From: Octopus bimaculoides | Lineage: Eukaryota | Length of the DNA: 62,175 nt | Direction of reading: 5' to 3' | Assembly: GCF_001194135.2 (NCBI RefSeq) | Contig: NC_068998.1 | Location: 1,829,302-1,891,476 of the forward strand | In this document: positions 41,721 to 55,140 of the stretch, piece by piece | How positions within the stretch are numbered: the first letter of the stretch is position 1 | Layout: the number at the start of each line of letters is the position of its first letter | Position numbers and translations under genes: made by a program | Notes under the pieces: model-generated | What the model was told of the DNA's origin: nothing | Databases searched by the model: none | Seen by the model: only the letters and a program-made list of their open reading frames with translations

Positions 41721-43095
41721 TCCTTCACCAATTAAACCAACATTAGAACTAATCATCAATACTATCACCACCCACCTCCCCCAATACCATTTAAAGCCAA
41801 CACCATTGTTAATTACCATGAAGTGTAATGAAATATTGATGCGAAGGAGGAGGAGGAGGAGGAATCCTGTGGTGGGGGGGGAGAATTCATGTGTGTGCGT
41901 GTTGGTATTCATAGTGCCATGTTTAAGTGTATATGCATGCGTGTGTGTGTGTGTGTGCGTGTGTGTTGTCATTTTATCTCTATAATTGTTCCTTCTGGGA
42001 CTTCACCACATTTTCTGTCCGTCATATCTCATGTCATAATAATTAATAGTACAGATAATAGTATTGGTTGTAGTAGTGGTGGTGGTGGTAGTGTTAATTG
42101 TTGTTGTTGTTGTTGTGTCAAAAGATCTTGGAATCTCTCTCTCTCTCCCAACCACGTTGACATGTCGGAAATGGAAGTTTTCAAGAAATCGTTACAAGTT
42201 TCTGTGATGGATGACTGGTCTCCTATTAAATTTCAGCTCCATTAGAAGCTGCCGCCCACGGCACTACATTCTTCTCTCCAACTCCTCTCACCCCCACCAT
42301 CCTATCCCCCCACCCCCACACATGCCTCATGTGACCACCAATTTTTTCTTTATTTTTTTAAAAAATTTTGCCCCATTCTTCCACATAGACTGTTTCTTCA
42401 AAAACCCACACACCCACTGCCCCCCACCCCTTGTCCTTGCATCTTTTTAGCAACCAGCCATTTCATACCTGTATTCATCAACATCGTTTAACATTTGTTT
42501 TCCATGCTGGCATGGGTGGTTTGAAAGGAGCTGGGAAAGCCAGAAGACTGCACCAAGCTCCATTGTCTGTTTCGTATGGATTTTACGGCCGGATGCCCTT
42601 CCAAATGCCAACCACTTTCCAGAGTGGACTGGATCAGTTTTGATTTGTGTTTTTGTAGCCACACACACACACACATACCTTCATGCACCTTTGTTACTGG
42701 TGTTGGTTTGTTTCTGTCCCTGTAACTTAGCAGTTCAGTAAAAGTGACCAATAGAATAAGTACCAGATTTAAAAAAAAAAGTACTAGGGTCGATTCATTC
42801 AATCAAAATTCTTCAAGGCAGTGCCCCAGCATGGCCACGGTGTAATACCTGAAGCAAATAGAAGCTAAAAGAGAGTCCCGAGGCTGAAAGTGTTCTGGAA
42901 CAAACCAATCAGCTGATTCTTGTCAGCAGTTTTCCCCCCGAAGGCCACTAATCGCTCTCCCCCATCAATAATTTTTGGTAGAACGTTAACGTGGACATTC
43001 CGATGACTGACTTGCTTGGCTGATTGAGTTCTGGGAGTAGTTGACAATATCCCAGATGGCAGCGACAAGAATGGCAGCAGGATTTTTGGTTTATG

Positions 43096-43135
<40 letters not shown>

Positions 43136-43579
43136 TTAAAACATTTGTTAACTGGAAATCTTTGGTTGTCTTTTAATGATTTTTTTCCAAAGAAGATTTT
43201 GCACCAAACCAAACCAACCATACACACACACACACACACACTTTGTCCAGCTTCTGCTCTCTCCATCCCACTACTCTTCACCACCCCCACACTCTATCAA
43301 AGTTTGCATCGTTTGACGATGACAGTCAAATGCCTATTGCAACCAATCAACATGTCGTGTGCCTCCACAATTTTCTCTAATTACAATTCATTAAACACAA
43401 TTAATCTCTCTTCTCCCCCCCCCCTCATTCTTCTTTCATTCACACACTCTGTCTCACACTTTCTCTCTTTCTCTCTCTTCTCTCTCTCTCTCTCTCTAAT
43501 TTCCAATTTTAACAAACATTAAAAGACCCATTAGTTTTACAATCTAAATTTGTGGAATCGTTTCGCTTCATTTTCCTTT

Positions 43580-43610
<31 letters not shown>

Positions 43611-43759
43611 TCTTTCTTATTTTTAGATTCAATATTTACATTCTTCCTCTTCTTTCCTCTCCATTGTCTTTTTGCCATGACATTTTTTTAGAATTATTGC
43701 ATGAAAACGTTTATGTGCATGTGGATGAATATCCATAGAATATAATATTATATATGTGG

Positions 43760-43803
<44 letters not shown>

Positions 43804-44098
43804 CCACGTTGTAAACTGTAGTTAGACATTACATAATGTTTTTTGTATCAAACATCAAAATCATCAATAAACACTCACAAAAGAATTGTGTGCATGTTAT
43901 GTATATAAGAATATATGTGTATGTGTATGAAAATACGCACACGCACACACAAGTAAAGTTACTTATAGTCACAGATAATGTTATCAAAATTGGTGAGTCC
44001 TAAACACTTTAATTAATTAATATTATCAGTGGGTTAATTGTTATCAGGAAGGGTCCATCTCTGAATGATTAAATTGACCATTTGTGTGTGTGTGTGTG

Positions 44099-44143
<45 letters not shown>

Positions 44144-45156
44144 GTGCAGGAGTGGCAAGTGGCATTTGCGCTTATACTTCAACAATGGTGGTGAAGAAGG
44201 CTGAAATTTTCTACCACAAAAATAATGTAATATTTGCAGCAGATTGTAACAAGGAAGAAGAAGAAGAAGAAGAAGAATTTTGTTTGAGTAAATAGGGAGG
44301 AGGAGGAGAAGAGGGGGAGAGAGAGATGGAGAATTAAACACCAGGAGAGAAGGGATGCTGATTGAGAGAGGGGCGAGGGTGAGGTGTATGGCTGAAAGTA
44401 AGAGGGGGAGGAGGAATAGGTTATCTTGTCATCTATGAATCTTCAAGGCACTTTAATGTGAAAGTGAAACTAAATTCCGTGTGTGTGTGTATACACATAC
44501 ACTTGATTTTATTTCTGCAACTATGCACACACAAACATACATCTGTATGTACATATATACCTACACAAGGACACAATTATACTTAGTATACGCATATATA
44601 ATTACATACAACCACACTGGTATACTTTTATATATATATATATATATATTCATAGTATAATTATATGGATGTGTTGATACATATATAAAGAGAGGGGGGG
44701 AGAGACATGTAGATTCAAGAGCTCATATGTGACAGAAAAATATTTAGTATGTGTGTGTGATTGTTTCCTAAATACCACCATCCACCTCCCGTCTCTAAGA
44801 GTTGTGTTCAAGATGACAATTCCAGCTGCTCTCTCTCTCTTCCTCTCTCTCTCCCTCTCTCTCTCCCTTCCTCTCTCTTTCTCTCTCTCTCTCTCTCTCT
44901 TCAAAAGCAGCAACAACAACAGTACTAGTGCTACAGAATTATGATTATGCAAATAGTTCCTTTCAATTAATTGCCAAATATGTTGGAAGAGCCTCTAGTT
45001 CTTGTCAGGATGGCAAGAATTACTAAATACTCTGGCACCATGCCCAAAAGTACAGTGGTGGGTATGAGGGTGTTGGCTGGGGGTGGGTGTTTAGTTTCTA
45101 ATCAATAGAGATATAAATCAGATATACACACAAAGACTATTTTCTTTATCAACATT

Positions 45157-45206
<50 letters not shown>

Positions 45207-46576
45207 GTACATACACACATGCACATATATACACACACACAGATATATATATGTGATGTGTGTGTAGTGAGAGAGAGAACAAGACAGAGAGAGTGATGTG
45301 TGTGTATTTGTCTAAGTACACCTTGTACATGTTGTAAAGTGATTTACATTACCGAGGGCATCCAGCCATGGAAACTATGCTGAAGCGGACACTTGAGCAA
45401 GGCAATGAAATCCTTGGGCCCAGTGGAATGTGGACATTAAATGATGGCAATGCATGTGTACATATCATCATCATCATCATCATCAGTCATTAATGTTTGT
45501 CCTTCCCTGCTTGCAAGGGTCAAACAAGAGTACTTGGGCAGAGTTTTCTAGTCAGATGCCCTTCCTATCACCAATCTCCATTTGTTTCCATATTAGTGTG
45601 TGTGTATGTGTGTGTGCGTTTTCAACCCTTACTGAAAAACAGGGTTGGTGATAGGATGAGCATCCAGCTGTAAACTTCTGCCTCAAGTAACTCCCTGTCC
45701 AAATCCATTCTGACCGAGAAAAATGGATGTGTGCGTGTGTATGTATGTATATATATATATATAAAAACACCCACACACACATATACACACACAAGCACAC
45801 ACATTTATTTTGTATACCAGACATTCAACAGGATCTGGCCAGATTCCATTTGTCTGCTTTGGGATGGTTTCTATGGCTGGATGCCCTTCCTAATGCCAAC
45901 CACTCCGAAGGTGTGACAGGTGCTTTTACGTGCCACCGGCATGGGTGCCATTCGTGTGACACCAGTATCTGCCATGACTATGATTTTGCTCAGTTTGATG
46001 GACCTTCTTCTCAAGCACAACATAATGCCAAAGGTCATTGCCTCCATGAGGCCCAGCACATGAAGGGAACTAAACCTCTCACACACACACACACACACAC
46101 ACACACAACCCTCTCTCTATCTAACTCTTGTTTCTCTATCTATCTATCTATCTATCTATCTAGCTATCTCTCTCTCTCTCTCNNNNNNNNNNNNNNNNNN
46201 NNNNNNNNNNNNNNNNNNNNNNNNNNNNNNNNNNNNNNNNNNNNNNNNNNNNNNNNNNNNNNNNNNNNNNNNNNNNNNNNNNNNNNNNNNNNNNNNNNNN
46301 NNNNNNNNNNNNNNNNNNNNNNNNNNNNNNNNNNNNNNNNNNNNNNNNNNNNNNNNNNNNNNNNNNNNNNNNNNNNNNNNNNNNNNNNNNNNNNNNNNNN
46401 TTCAATGTATATATATATATAGAGAGAGAGAGAGAGAAAAATGAAATTATATTTATTGTTGTTGGAGTTATTGTTATTCAACAAAATCGGTAACAAACCC
46501 ACCCTTCCAATTTACAAACCTGAAATTAAGCTGACATTCAAATAAAATATGCATTTTTAGAACACAATTATTACCT

Positions 46577-46607
<31 letters not shown>

Positions 46608-46734
46608 TTCTGTGATTTACTCAGCCAGCTAATTGCCATTAATTTCATACATTTGTTTAATTTATAAATGTTTCTCATAATAAAATTGAAAGCACTTTCT
46701 TTTTCTCTCTCTTTTTTTTTTTTTTTGTTTTTTT

Positions 46735-47110
46735 TGCGTGGCTGCTTCCAAACCACATGGTTCCAGGCTCAGTCCCACTGCATGGTACTTTGGACAAGTG
46801 TCCTTTTACTATCGTTTGAAACTGACCAAAGCTTTGTGAGTCAATTTACTAGGTGGAAACTGGAAAAAGCTGATCGTATAGATATGCATATATATATCAA
46901 TATGAGTGTGTCTCTGTGTCCCACACCACTGCTTGACAACAGGTGTTGGTTTGCTTATGTCCCCATAACTTAACAGTTCATCAAAAGAGATTAATTGAAT
47001 AAGTACCAAGCTTTTAAAAAATAAAAAGTCCTGGAGTCAATCCATTTGACTAAAAATTCAAGGCAGTGCTCCAGCATGGCCACATTCTCATGGCTGAAAC
47101 AAACAAAAGA
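46735..47110 (+). mobile_element. SINE family A copy
   Basis: Colinear with 8422-8830. Confidence 0.8.
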
Positions 47111-47149
47111 TAAGACACACTCTCATCATATCCCACTCTCTCCAGTGTT

Positions 47150-47490
47150 GCCTTAATGGCACTTGTGCCGGTGGCACGTTAGAAAATCATCCGAGCGAGG
47201 TCGATGCCAGTGCCGCTGGACTGGCTCCTGTGCAGGTGGCACGTAAAAAAACACCAATTTGAGCGTGGCCGTTGCCAGTACCGCCTGACTGGCCTTCGTG
47301 CAGGTGGCACGTAAAAGCACCCACTACACTCTCAGAGTGGTTGGCATTAGGAAGGGCATCCAGCTGTAGAAACTCTGCCAAATCATATTGGAGCCTGGTG
47401 TGTAGCCATCCGGTTCACCAGTCCTCAGTTAAATCGTCCAACCCATGCTAGCATGGAAAGCGGATGTTACACGATGATGATGATGATGAT
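47150..47490 (+). mobile_element. Dispersed retroposon family D (my label; gagtggttggc.ttaggaagggcatccagc...gacgttaaacgatgatg) with (GAT)n tail
   Basis: Tail gatgatgatgatgat at 47473-47490. Other copies: 2180-2300, 12500-12678, 14341-14497(-), 25157-25400(-), 31695-31895, 37925-38065(-), 42476-42640(-), 45820-46010(-). SINE versus LINE 3' UTR cannot be decided here. Confidence 0.75.
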
Positions 47491-48469
47491 ATATGTGTAT
47501 AATGTGTGTTTGGATATGCAAGAATGGAAAATGGCCATTAGAATTATACATGTACACATATATACACTTACACACACAAACACATACATATTCAAGCATG
47601 TATGGATATATATACACCTGTATACAAAATACTTCTATGGAAGCAATGGTTATTCATTGTATTTTCATGCTTCTAATTATCCTTTACCATTCTTACAATT
47701 CGCTTATTTAATGAACCATTATCTTTTTTTTCCTTTTTAGCCAGAGATAAACAAGTCTTTATTCTAAATACATAACATTATTCCTGTCTTTCTGTCAAGC
47801 AGCATGAAATTAAAACACTTTAAATGTTATATAATGGACAACTTTATTCTAATGTTTTGAGGTTTTTCTTTTTAAATTGAAATATTTTTGATTGGAACCG
47901 GAGACTTTTAAACTGGGAATTATCTACTATTATTATTGATTGCCATTACTGGGTATTTAACTCATGTGGTGCACACATGCAATGCAGATACACATGTTGC
48001 ACTCACAGGTGCACAGACACAAACATTAATTCATACACTGTGCACATGCATGTGCATATACACGTGTGCATATGGTGCAGACATGGCTGTGTGGTAAGAA
48101 GTTTGCTTCCCAACCACATGGAACCTTGGGCATGTGCCTTCTGCTATAGCCTTGAGCCAACCAAAGCCTTGTGAGTGGATTTGGTAGCTGGAAACAGAAA
48201 GAAGCCTGTAGTGTATGTGTGTGCATATATATATATATATNNNNNNNNNNTATATATATATATATATATATAATATGTATGTATGTGTGTGCATATATAT
48301 CTCCATTTTCTGCTTTCCTTGAATGTTGTTGTTGTTGTTGTTGTTGTGCAGCTCTTTGACAGGCAGAAAATAGAAATGTATGATTTGTTCACATTAAGAA
48401 GTTATTGTTTTGATTACTAATTGGTGTTTTATCAAATCCTTATCACTAAAAACCTGTTTTCTTTTGCAG

Positions 48470-48541
48470 AGATCTGAGCCACAATCAAATTGAAAGCATT
48501 GAACCAGGGACTTTTGAAAACCTCACCAAATTGTTGAGATT
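48470..48541 (+). CDS. ADGRA3: ADGRA-like exon, LRR2 (72 nt): DLSHNQIESIEPGTFENLTKLLR
   Basis: Acceptor ctgttttcttttgcag, donor gtaagt; typical LRR consensus. Confidence 0.95.
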
Positions 48542-49360
48542 GTAAGTTTTGGTTGTAATTTCTTGTTTCTTGCCTTAAAAATTAATGATGGTTCTGTAGT
48601 CATTATGATATGACAGAAAGTTTACTTGTGTAGGTATTATCTGTTTTTAAAGGTGTCTGAATATTTACATCAGTCCTAAAAAATTATTGCTGTCCTTATA
48701 TTCTATGTATTAAAAAACATTGAGCAAGAAGGTAGCTTCAACATAGTCACTTAACAAAGGAAAAAGAACTGTCAAATTTCCCTCAGACTGCATATTGCTC
48801 TTTTAGATAAACTAAATCTGAATATAAAACAGGATAGGTGGCCATAGCTGAAATACTTTTGGTCTTATAGAACTTCAGGAGATAAGCTTTCATCAGTAAT
48901 CTGTTATCTAGCTTCTTTTCCCTGATGATACATATATTTGTTTCACTTCAGGTGGTAATAACATCCTTGGGAATGGCATGAATGTCTCTACATGAGAGTA
49001 TGGTATAATTGTGTATGTACAGGTGTATACTGTGTAGTTGTAGGGTGTGTGATGTGAATTGTATGATTTACAGTGCAATTCTGTGTGTGTGTGAAGAAAA
49101 TGAAATGACAAAAGAATAAATGATTCTCTTATGCATCGCATTAGCTTACAGCTGTTTCTGCTATCAGATGCAGTCGAGTGTGTATAGCTTCATTGGAGCC
49201 CCAAACATGAAGTAGGATTTATTTGGGAAAACATTTACATTTATGCGTATACACACAAAAAAAACCCTACCAACGAGTAAACATGCACACATGAAATAGT
49301 ATAAATGTAGATGTGAGAACATGATATATTTAAACACAAAAGATGTCTAGACGTGTGTGC

Positions 49361-49420
<60 letters not shown>

Positions 49421-50198
49421 TCACATACACCCCAACCATTTTTGCATGTTTTCAATTTTACTCTGGCTTCCTTCTCTTACTACCCTCCTTCCCCCTCACC
49501 TCTATTTCCTCCTCCTCCTCTTTGCACCTCCCCCATCATCTAACACTTCCTCCTCCTCCTCCTCTCTGGTCTAGTACTCATCTCCCTCTTTCCACATCAC
49601 TACCTAGCCCTCCTCCTTCTCCTCGCTATACAACACACAACATGTTCTCCACCCCACCCCCCATGTGTGTCTGTAGTACCAACAATTGTAAACTCAGAGG
49701 GAGAGGTGACGGGAGGGTGGGAAATCAGATGAATAAGATGAGAGAGGAGGGAGGGTGATGGCATTGATGTAAGCAACAGATTTGATGGTGGTGGGGATGG
49801 GGATGGCACACCCTTTACCCTCTCACCCTCATTATATGAGAGTGTGACACTCATCTATTCTACCCTCACGCATCAAACGCACTTATATACACATTGTTAT
49901 TGTACACACAGCATTATACATCAATTAGTACACCCACAACAACCTATTTTTATATACATGGATCCAATGCATACGTCACACACACACACATATATATATT
50001 CACAGTTTACATACACAAAAGCACACATGCACACACACACAGAGATACATGTGTGGGGGAGGAGTAGACTGAAAGAGCTACTCTGCCTCCAACATCTGTC
50101 GGTGGTGGTGGTAACAGATGTAATAGTGTAGTGGTAGGAGCAGGGTGGTGACAGTGGAGATGGGGAGATTCACAAAGGCTTTGTGCATACACATGCAA

Positions 50199-50243
<45 letters not shown>

Positions 50244-50424
50244 AAATAAGTGTGTGTGTGTATACAAGTTATAAGTATCATATTTATAAGTATAACCTTA
50301 ACTCTTGTTCCATTTTTAATCACAACTGTCTGACAAACGGAAACATGAAACTCTGAGTAACAGTTTTTTGTGATGTCTTTGCAGCTTTAATAATAATAAA
50401 GCATATTACTCTACCTCTGGTAGT

Positions 50425-51317
50425 NNNNNNNNNNNNNNNNNNNNNNNNNNNNNNNNNNNNNNNNNNNNNNNNNNNNNNNNNNNNNNNNNNNNNNNNNNNN
50501 NNNNNNNNNNNNNNNNNNNNNNNNNNNNNNNNNNNNNNNNNNNNNNNNNNNNNNNNNNNNNNNNNNNNNNNNNNNNNNNNNNNNNNNNNNNNNNNNNNNN
50601 NNNNNNNNNNNNNNNNNNNNNNNNNNNNNNNNNNNNNNNNNNNNNNNNNNNNNNNNNNNNNNNNNNNNNNNNNNNNNNNNNNNNNNNNNNNNNNNNNNNN
50701 NNNNNNNNNNNNNNNNNNNNNNNNNNNNNNNNNNNNNNNNNNNNNNNNNNNNNNNNNNNNNNNNNNNNNNNNNNNNNNNNNNNNNNNNNNNNNNNNNNNN
50801 NNNNNNNNNNNNNNNNNNNNNNNNNNNNNNNNNNNNNNNNNNNNNNNNNNNNNNNNNNNNNNNNNNNNNNNNNNNNNNNNNNNNNNNNNNNNNNNNNNNN
50901 NNNNNNNNNNNNNNNNNNNNNNNNNNNNNNNNNNNNNNNNNNNNNNNNNNNNNNNNNNNNNNNNNNNNNNNNNNNNNNNNNNNNNNNNNNNNNNNNNNNN
51001 NNNNNNNNNNNNNNNNNNNNNNNNNNNNNNNNNNNNNNNNNNNNNNNNNNNNNNNNNNNNNNNNNNNNNNNNNNNNNNNNNNNNNNNNNNNNNNNNNNNN
51101 NNNNNNNNNNNNNNNNNNNNNNNNNNNNNNNNNNNNNNNNNNNNNNNNNNNNNNNNNNNNNNNNNNNNNNNNNNNNNNNNNNNNNNNNNNNNNNNNNNNN
51201 NNNNNNNNNNNNNNNNNNNNNNNNNNNNNNNNNNNNNNNNNNNNNNNNNNNNNNNNNNNNNNNNNNNNNNNNNNNNNNNNNNNNNNNNNNNNNNNNNNNN
51301 NNNNNNNNNNNNNNNNN
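50425..51317. other. Largest assembly gap (893 N)
   Basis: Other gaps: 18674-18773, 21778-22163, 30251-30290, 36792-36984, 46183-46400, 48241-48250, 53406-53424, 54682-54715, 55753-55762. Most abut microsatellites or homopolymers. Confidence 0.99.
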
Positions 51318-51351
<34 letters not shown>

Positions 51352-51548
51352 TGTGTGTGTGTGTGTGTGTGTGTGTCTGCATATTTATATGTGTGTACTT
51401 CCAACAGAAAACCATGTATATGCTTTCACGAAACGTTTCATGTGGGGGTGGCAGGGAAGGAAAGCTGCATCCTACCAGCCACAATTGTTCAATGGTGGGG
51501 GGGACACAGAGAGAGAGAGAGAGTTAATGCTTCCGTTGTATTTCTCCA

Positions 51549-51584
<36 letters not shown>

Positions 51585-53444
51585 TCCAACTACTCAACAG
51601 TCTTACTGATGCCTCTTCACACTCCTCCATCGCTCAAACTGTTTTCAGATCCCTAAACCTTTACAGCCCCCTAAACGAACATCCTCATTCATTGCATGGC
51701 CATGTGATAAGAAGCTTGCTTTGTAACCACATGGTCTTTGGTTCAGTCCCACTGCGTGACACCTCAGGCTAGTGTCTTCTTCTGTAGCCCTGGGACAACC
51801 ATGCCTTGTGAGTGGATTCGGTTGATGGAAACTGAAAGAAGCCCATCATGTGGGTGGGTGGGTGGCTGTTTGTTTACAGTTGTTACTCCCTGGAAATTAC
51901 TCAGAAATAAGCAAGGATTCTGTTGTCGTTTTTCCCTGGTAACGAATTGTCTTCTGGTTTTGCTGCATCAAAGACATAATATGGAAATACTCTTGCGACT
52001 GAATACACATCAGGAATTCCATTGGCATCGAGTGAAATAACAGTAGGACTTCACGAAGGACTTAGATTTAAAACTCACTCGAGGATGGATAATAAGGATT
52101 AAAACAGCATCTCATGTATGTACTACAGGTGTAAAAATGCATCGAAACAATTGTAGTGATTTCAGAGCAAAAAACTCTGAACCATGTGGTTGGGAAGCAA
52201 GCTTCTTTCCACCCCTGCACCTACAAACATTACGCACACACACACACACACACACACACGTGTCCCATCATAGACATGAAACGCTGATGAATGTTGAAAA
52301 TTGCTGATAAAGAAAATAAATGTTTCAAAATGGAATCAACTCCTCCCCACCATCTTACCTCCCCCCTCCCTTCTCATATTTGTTGCTTTCACCTTGTTTC
52401 TCCTGACGCTGGAAACATCTACTTCATCTACACACACACACACACATAGATATACCTTGTTTAAGATGATAGTGTTTGAAAGGGTGTTTTGAGGGTGTTG
52501 TCTTAGTGATGTGTGTGATGGGTATAGGAAACAAATGGCCTTCAACGGTAGACGTGTGTGTGCGTGTATTCTGAAATGCTGATTCTTTTTCATGTGTGAG
52601 GTGACAGGAGGGGTAGGTGGACAGGGTGGGTTGTCTGGCAAATTTCTCCTTCCTCCTCTTTCCCCCTCCCCTACCGTATGTACAAGTGGAGGGGAAAAGG
52701 GTAATCCCGTCTTGGCTCTGAGCTTTCCCAGACAGTTTGTTGAGGTGGGTACCAGATGTAAAGCATGTGTGTGTGTGTGTTATTGATGGGGGTGGGGGCT
52801 TGTTGGGGGCTCGGAACAACTGGTTCCCTATTTTCCTGTTGGGTTGGGAAGGAGGGTGTGGAGTAGGTAGTTTCTGGTTTCTCGACATTGGAACATATCA
52901 AAAAACAGCTGTGGTGGTGGAGCTATTTATATATATATATTGAGAGATGTGTGTGTGTGTGTATGTATTTGCATGTGTGTGCATACACACACATACATAT
53001 ACTTACACATACACACACACACATACAAGTTTGAAGGCAAATTTAGATGCCTGCACAGAATTCTGAAATAGATGCCAAGCACCAGGCTTTATAAATGAGC
53101 CAAAATAAAATGATGATAAGATGATGTGATGTTCATGACATTCTCAAGGTTTGATTCCATGAGTTAGTCTTCTACTGCACCTCCACTTTCTGACTGGAAT
53201 GTTCCTTTACCTCACCACCACCACCACCACCACCACCATCGGAGTGAAATAACTTCAGCTGGAAATTGAAACTGGGTCGCCAGCTCTTTCTTTCTTTCTT
53301 TCTTTCTATGGTACCCCCATCACACCATCATTTCATTCAGTTACTGTTTCACCAAAACAAGCAATCTGAATAGAAATTCTCTCTCTCTCTCTTCCCCCCC
53401 CCCCCNNNNNNNNNNNNNNNNNNNCCCCCCATCTCTATCTCTTA

Positions 53445-53810
53445 CTCGTTTCAGTTGTAGACTGTGGCCATGCTGGAGCCCCGGCTTGAAGAATTTTTTG
53501 TTAAATGGATCAACCCCAGGACTTATTTGGTTTTAAAGCCTGGTACTTATTTTATGAGTGTCTTTTGCCAATCAACTAAGTTACGGGGATGTAAACACAC
53601 CAACAGCGGTTGTCAAGTTGTGGTGGGGGACAAACACACACACTTATGACATACTTCTTTCAGTTTCCGTCCACCAAATCCACACGCATGGGTTTGGTCA
53701 ACCCAAGGCTATAGTAAAGACACTTGCCTAAGGTGTCACGAAGTGGTGGGACTGAACCTAGAACCATGTGCTTGGGAAGAAAACCTTTTACCACACAGCC
53801 ATGCCTGTGA
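53445..53810 (-). mobile_element. SINE family A copy
   Basis: Reverse complement, near full length. Confidence 0.8.
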
Positions 53811-53951
53811 CTGTATGTTTATCTAATTGCTAATTATATATTCATTACGTATCATATATAATTTATTTGATATATAATTATATATCTCTATGATTTTATT
53901 AGAATTATAAAATGTGAGTGACTCAAGTGCCCAGAGTTTCGTGCCACAACC

Positions 53952-54101
53952 AGACCAAACCGATCTGTCAATTCATCTGTGGATGTATAACAGGCTTCTT
54001 TCAGTTTCTTGCTAAACAGTCATCCCTCCACATATATCTGTTTGTGTGTTGTTGTATAGATTAGAGAGATCCACAGATGAATTGACAGATCGGTTTGGTC
54101 T
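53952..54101. repeat. Perfect 33-bp inverted repeat, 84-bp spacer
   Basis: agaccaaaccgatctgtcaattcatctgtggat (53952-53984) and its exact reverse complement (54069-54101). Confidence 0.95.
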
Positions 54102-54471
54102 TGATCCCCTCCATTTTCTTATTGCCATATATATGTGTGTGTGTGTGTATGTACATGTGTGTGTATACATATGTATGTGTGTATGTATGTATGTACATGT
54201 GTGTGTGTGTGTGTGTGTGTCATTGTGTATGTCCCTGTAAATTTGCATTTCAGTAAACAAGGCTGATTGAATTAGGGTCTGAAAAGAAGAAACGTAATGG
54301 GGCCAACAAAATGCATGGCTGCAGTCCAATGACAGCAGCAAGTAAAAGGTTATATATATATATATGTATATACACATACATACATATATATATATGTATA
54401 TACACATACATATATATATATATGCATACATATAATATCTGTGTTGCATGGAATATGCATGTGTGTATGTG

Positions 54472-54502
<31 letters not shown>

Positions 54503-54983
54503 ATGTGTATATATATGTGTGTGTGTGTGTGTGTGTGCTTGTGTTGCCCTTAAAGAGTTACAACTTTAGCATATGTTCCATTGCATAGAATAATCTAATC
54601 CTGTTGGCTCATGTTACTTTTGAACTGAGTTGAGCCGAAAGCATATGGTCCCAGTTTATAAGACATCAGTGGGGGGGGGGGNNNNNNNNNNNNNNNNNNN
54701 NNNNNNNNNNNNNNNGGGGGGGGGGGATGTGTGTGTGTGTGTATACGTTTGTATGAGGTTGTATGCATGTGTATGTTTGTATCTCCCTTCGAAATAGACA
54801 AGGGTTTATGTACTTTATCACTTGTACTTTAGTTGTGTCTACATCCATGGTTTTTAACTTGTCAGATGGCCTTGTCTACCCTGTGAGAGAAGTGTACAAT
54901 TAGAAATGTTTCAGTAGCTGCCGGTGGTGGTGGTGGTGTTGTCTTTTGATTTCTAACCAAATTTCTTTTTTCTCTCCTTTCAG

Positions 54984-55055
54984 AGATATTTCACACAACA
55001 AACTGACGTACATTGATGCGAATATGTTTATTGGACTGAGTAGCGTGGAGAAATT
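54984..55055 (+). CDS. ADGRA3: ADGRA-like exon, LRR3 (72 nt): DISHNKLTYIDANMFIGLSSVEK
   Basis: Acceptor tttctctcctttcag, donor gtaaga; LRR consensus. Confidence 0.95.
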
Positions 55056-55070
55056 GTAAGAACACATGTA

Positions 55071-55140
<70 letters not shown>

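Noticed and set aside
47165-47320. CRISPR-like look of the palindromic GTGCCnnnGGCAC units
   Set aside because: The spacers resemble each other, there are only three units, they lie inside a eukaryotic retroposon, and no cas genes are present.
48542-54983. Extra or mutually exclusive LRR exons in the large introns or the 893-N gap
   Set aside because: None seen. Four 72-nt LRR exons plus LRRCT already match the recalled ADGRA2/3 layout, although the gap content is unknown.
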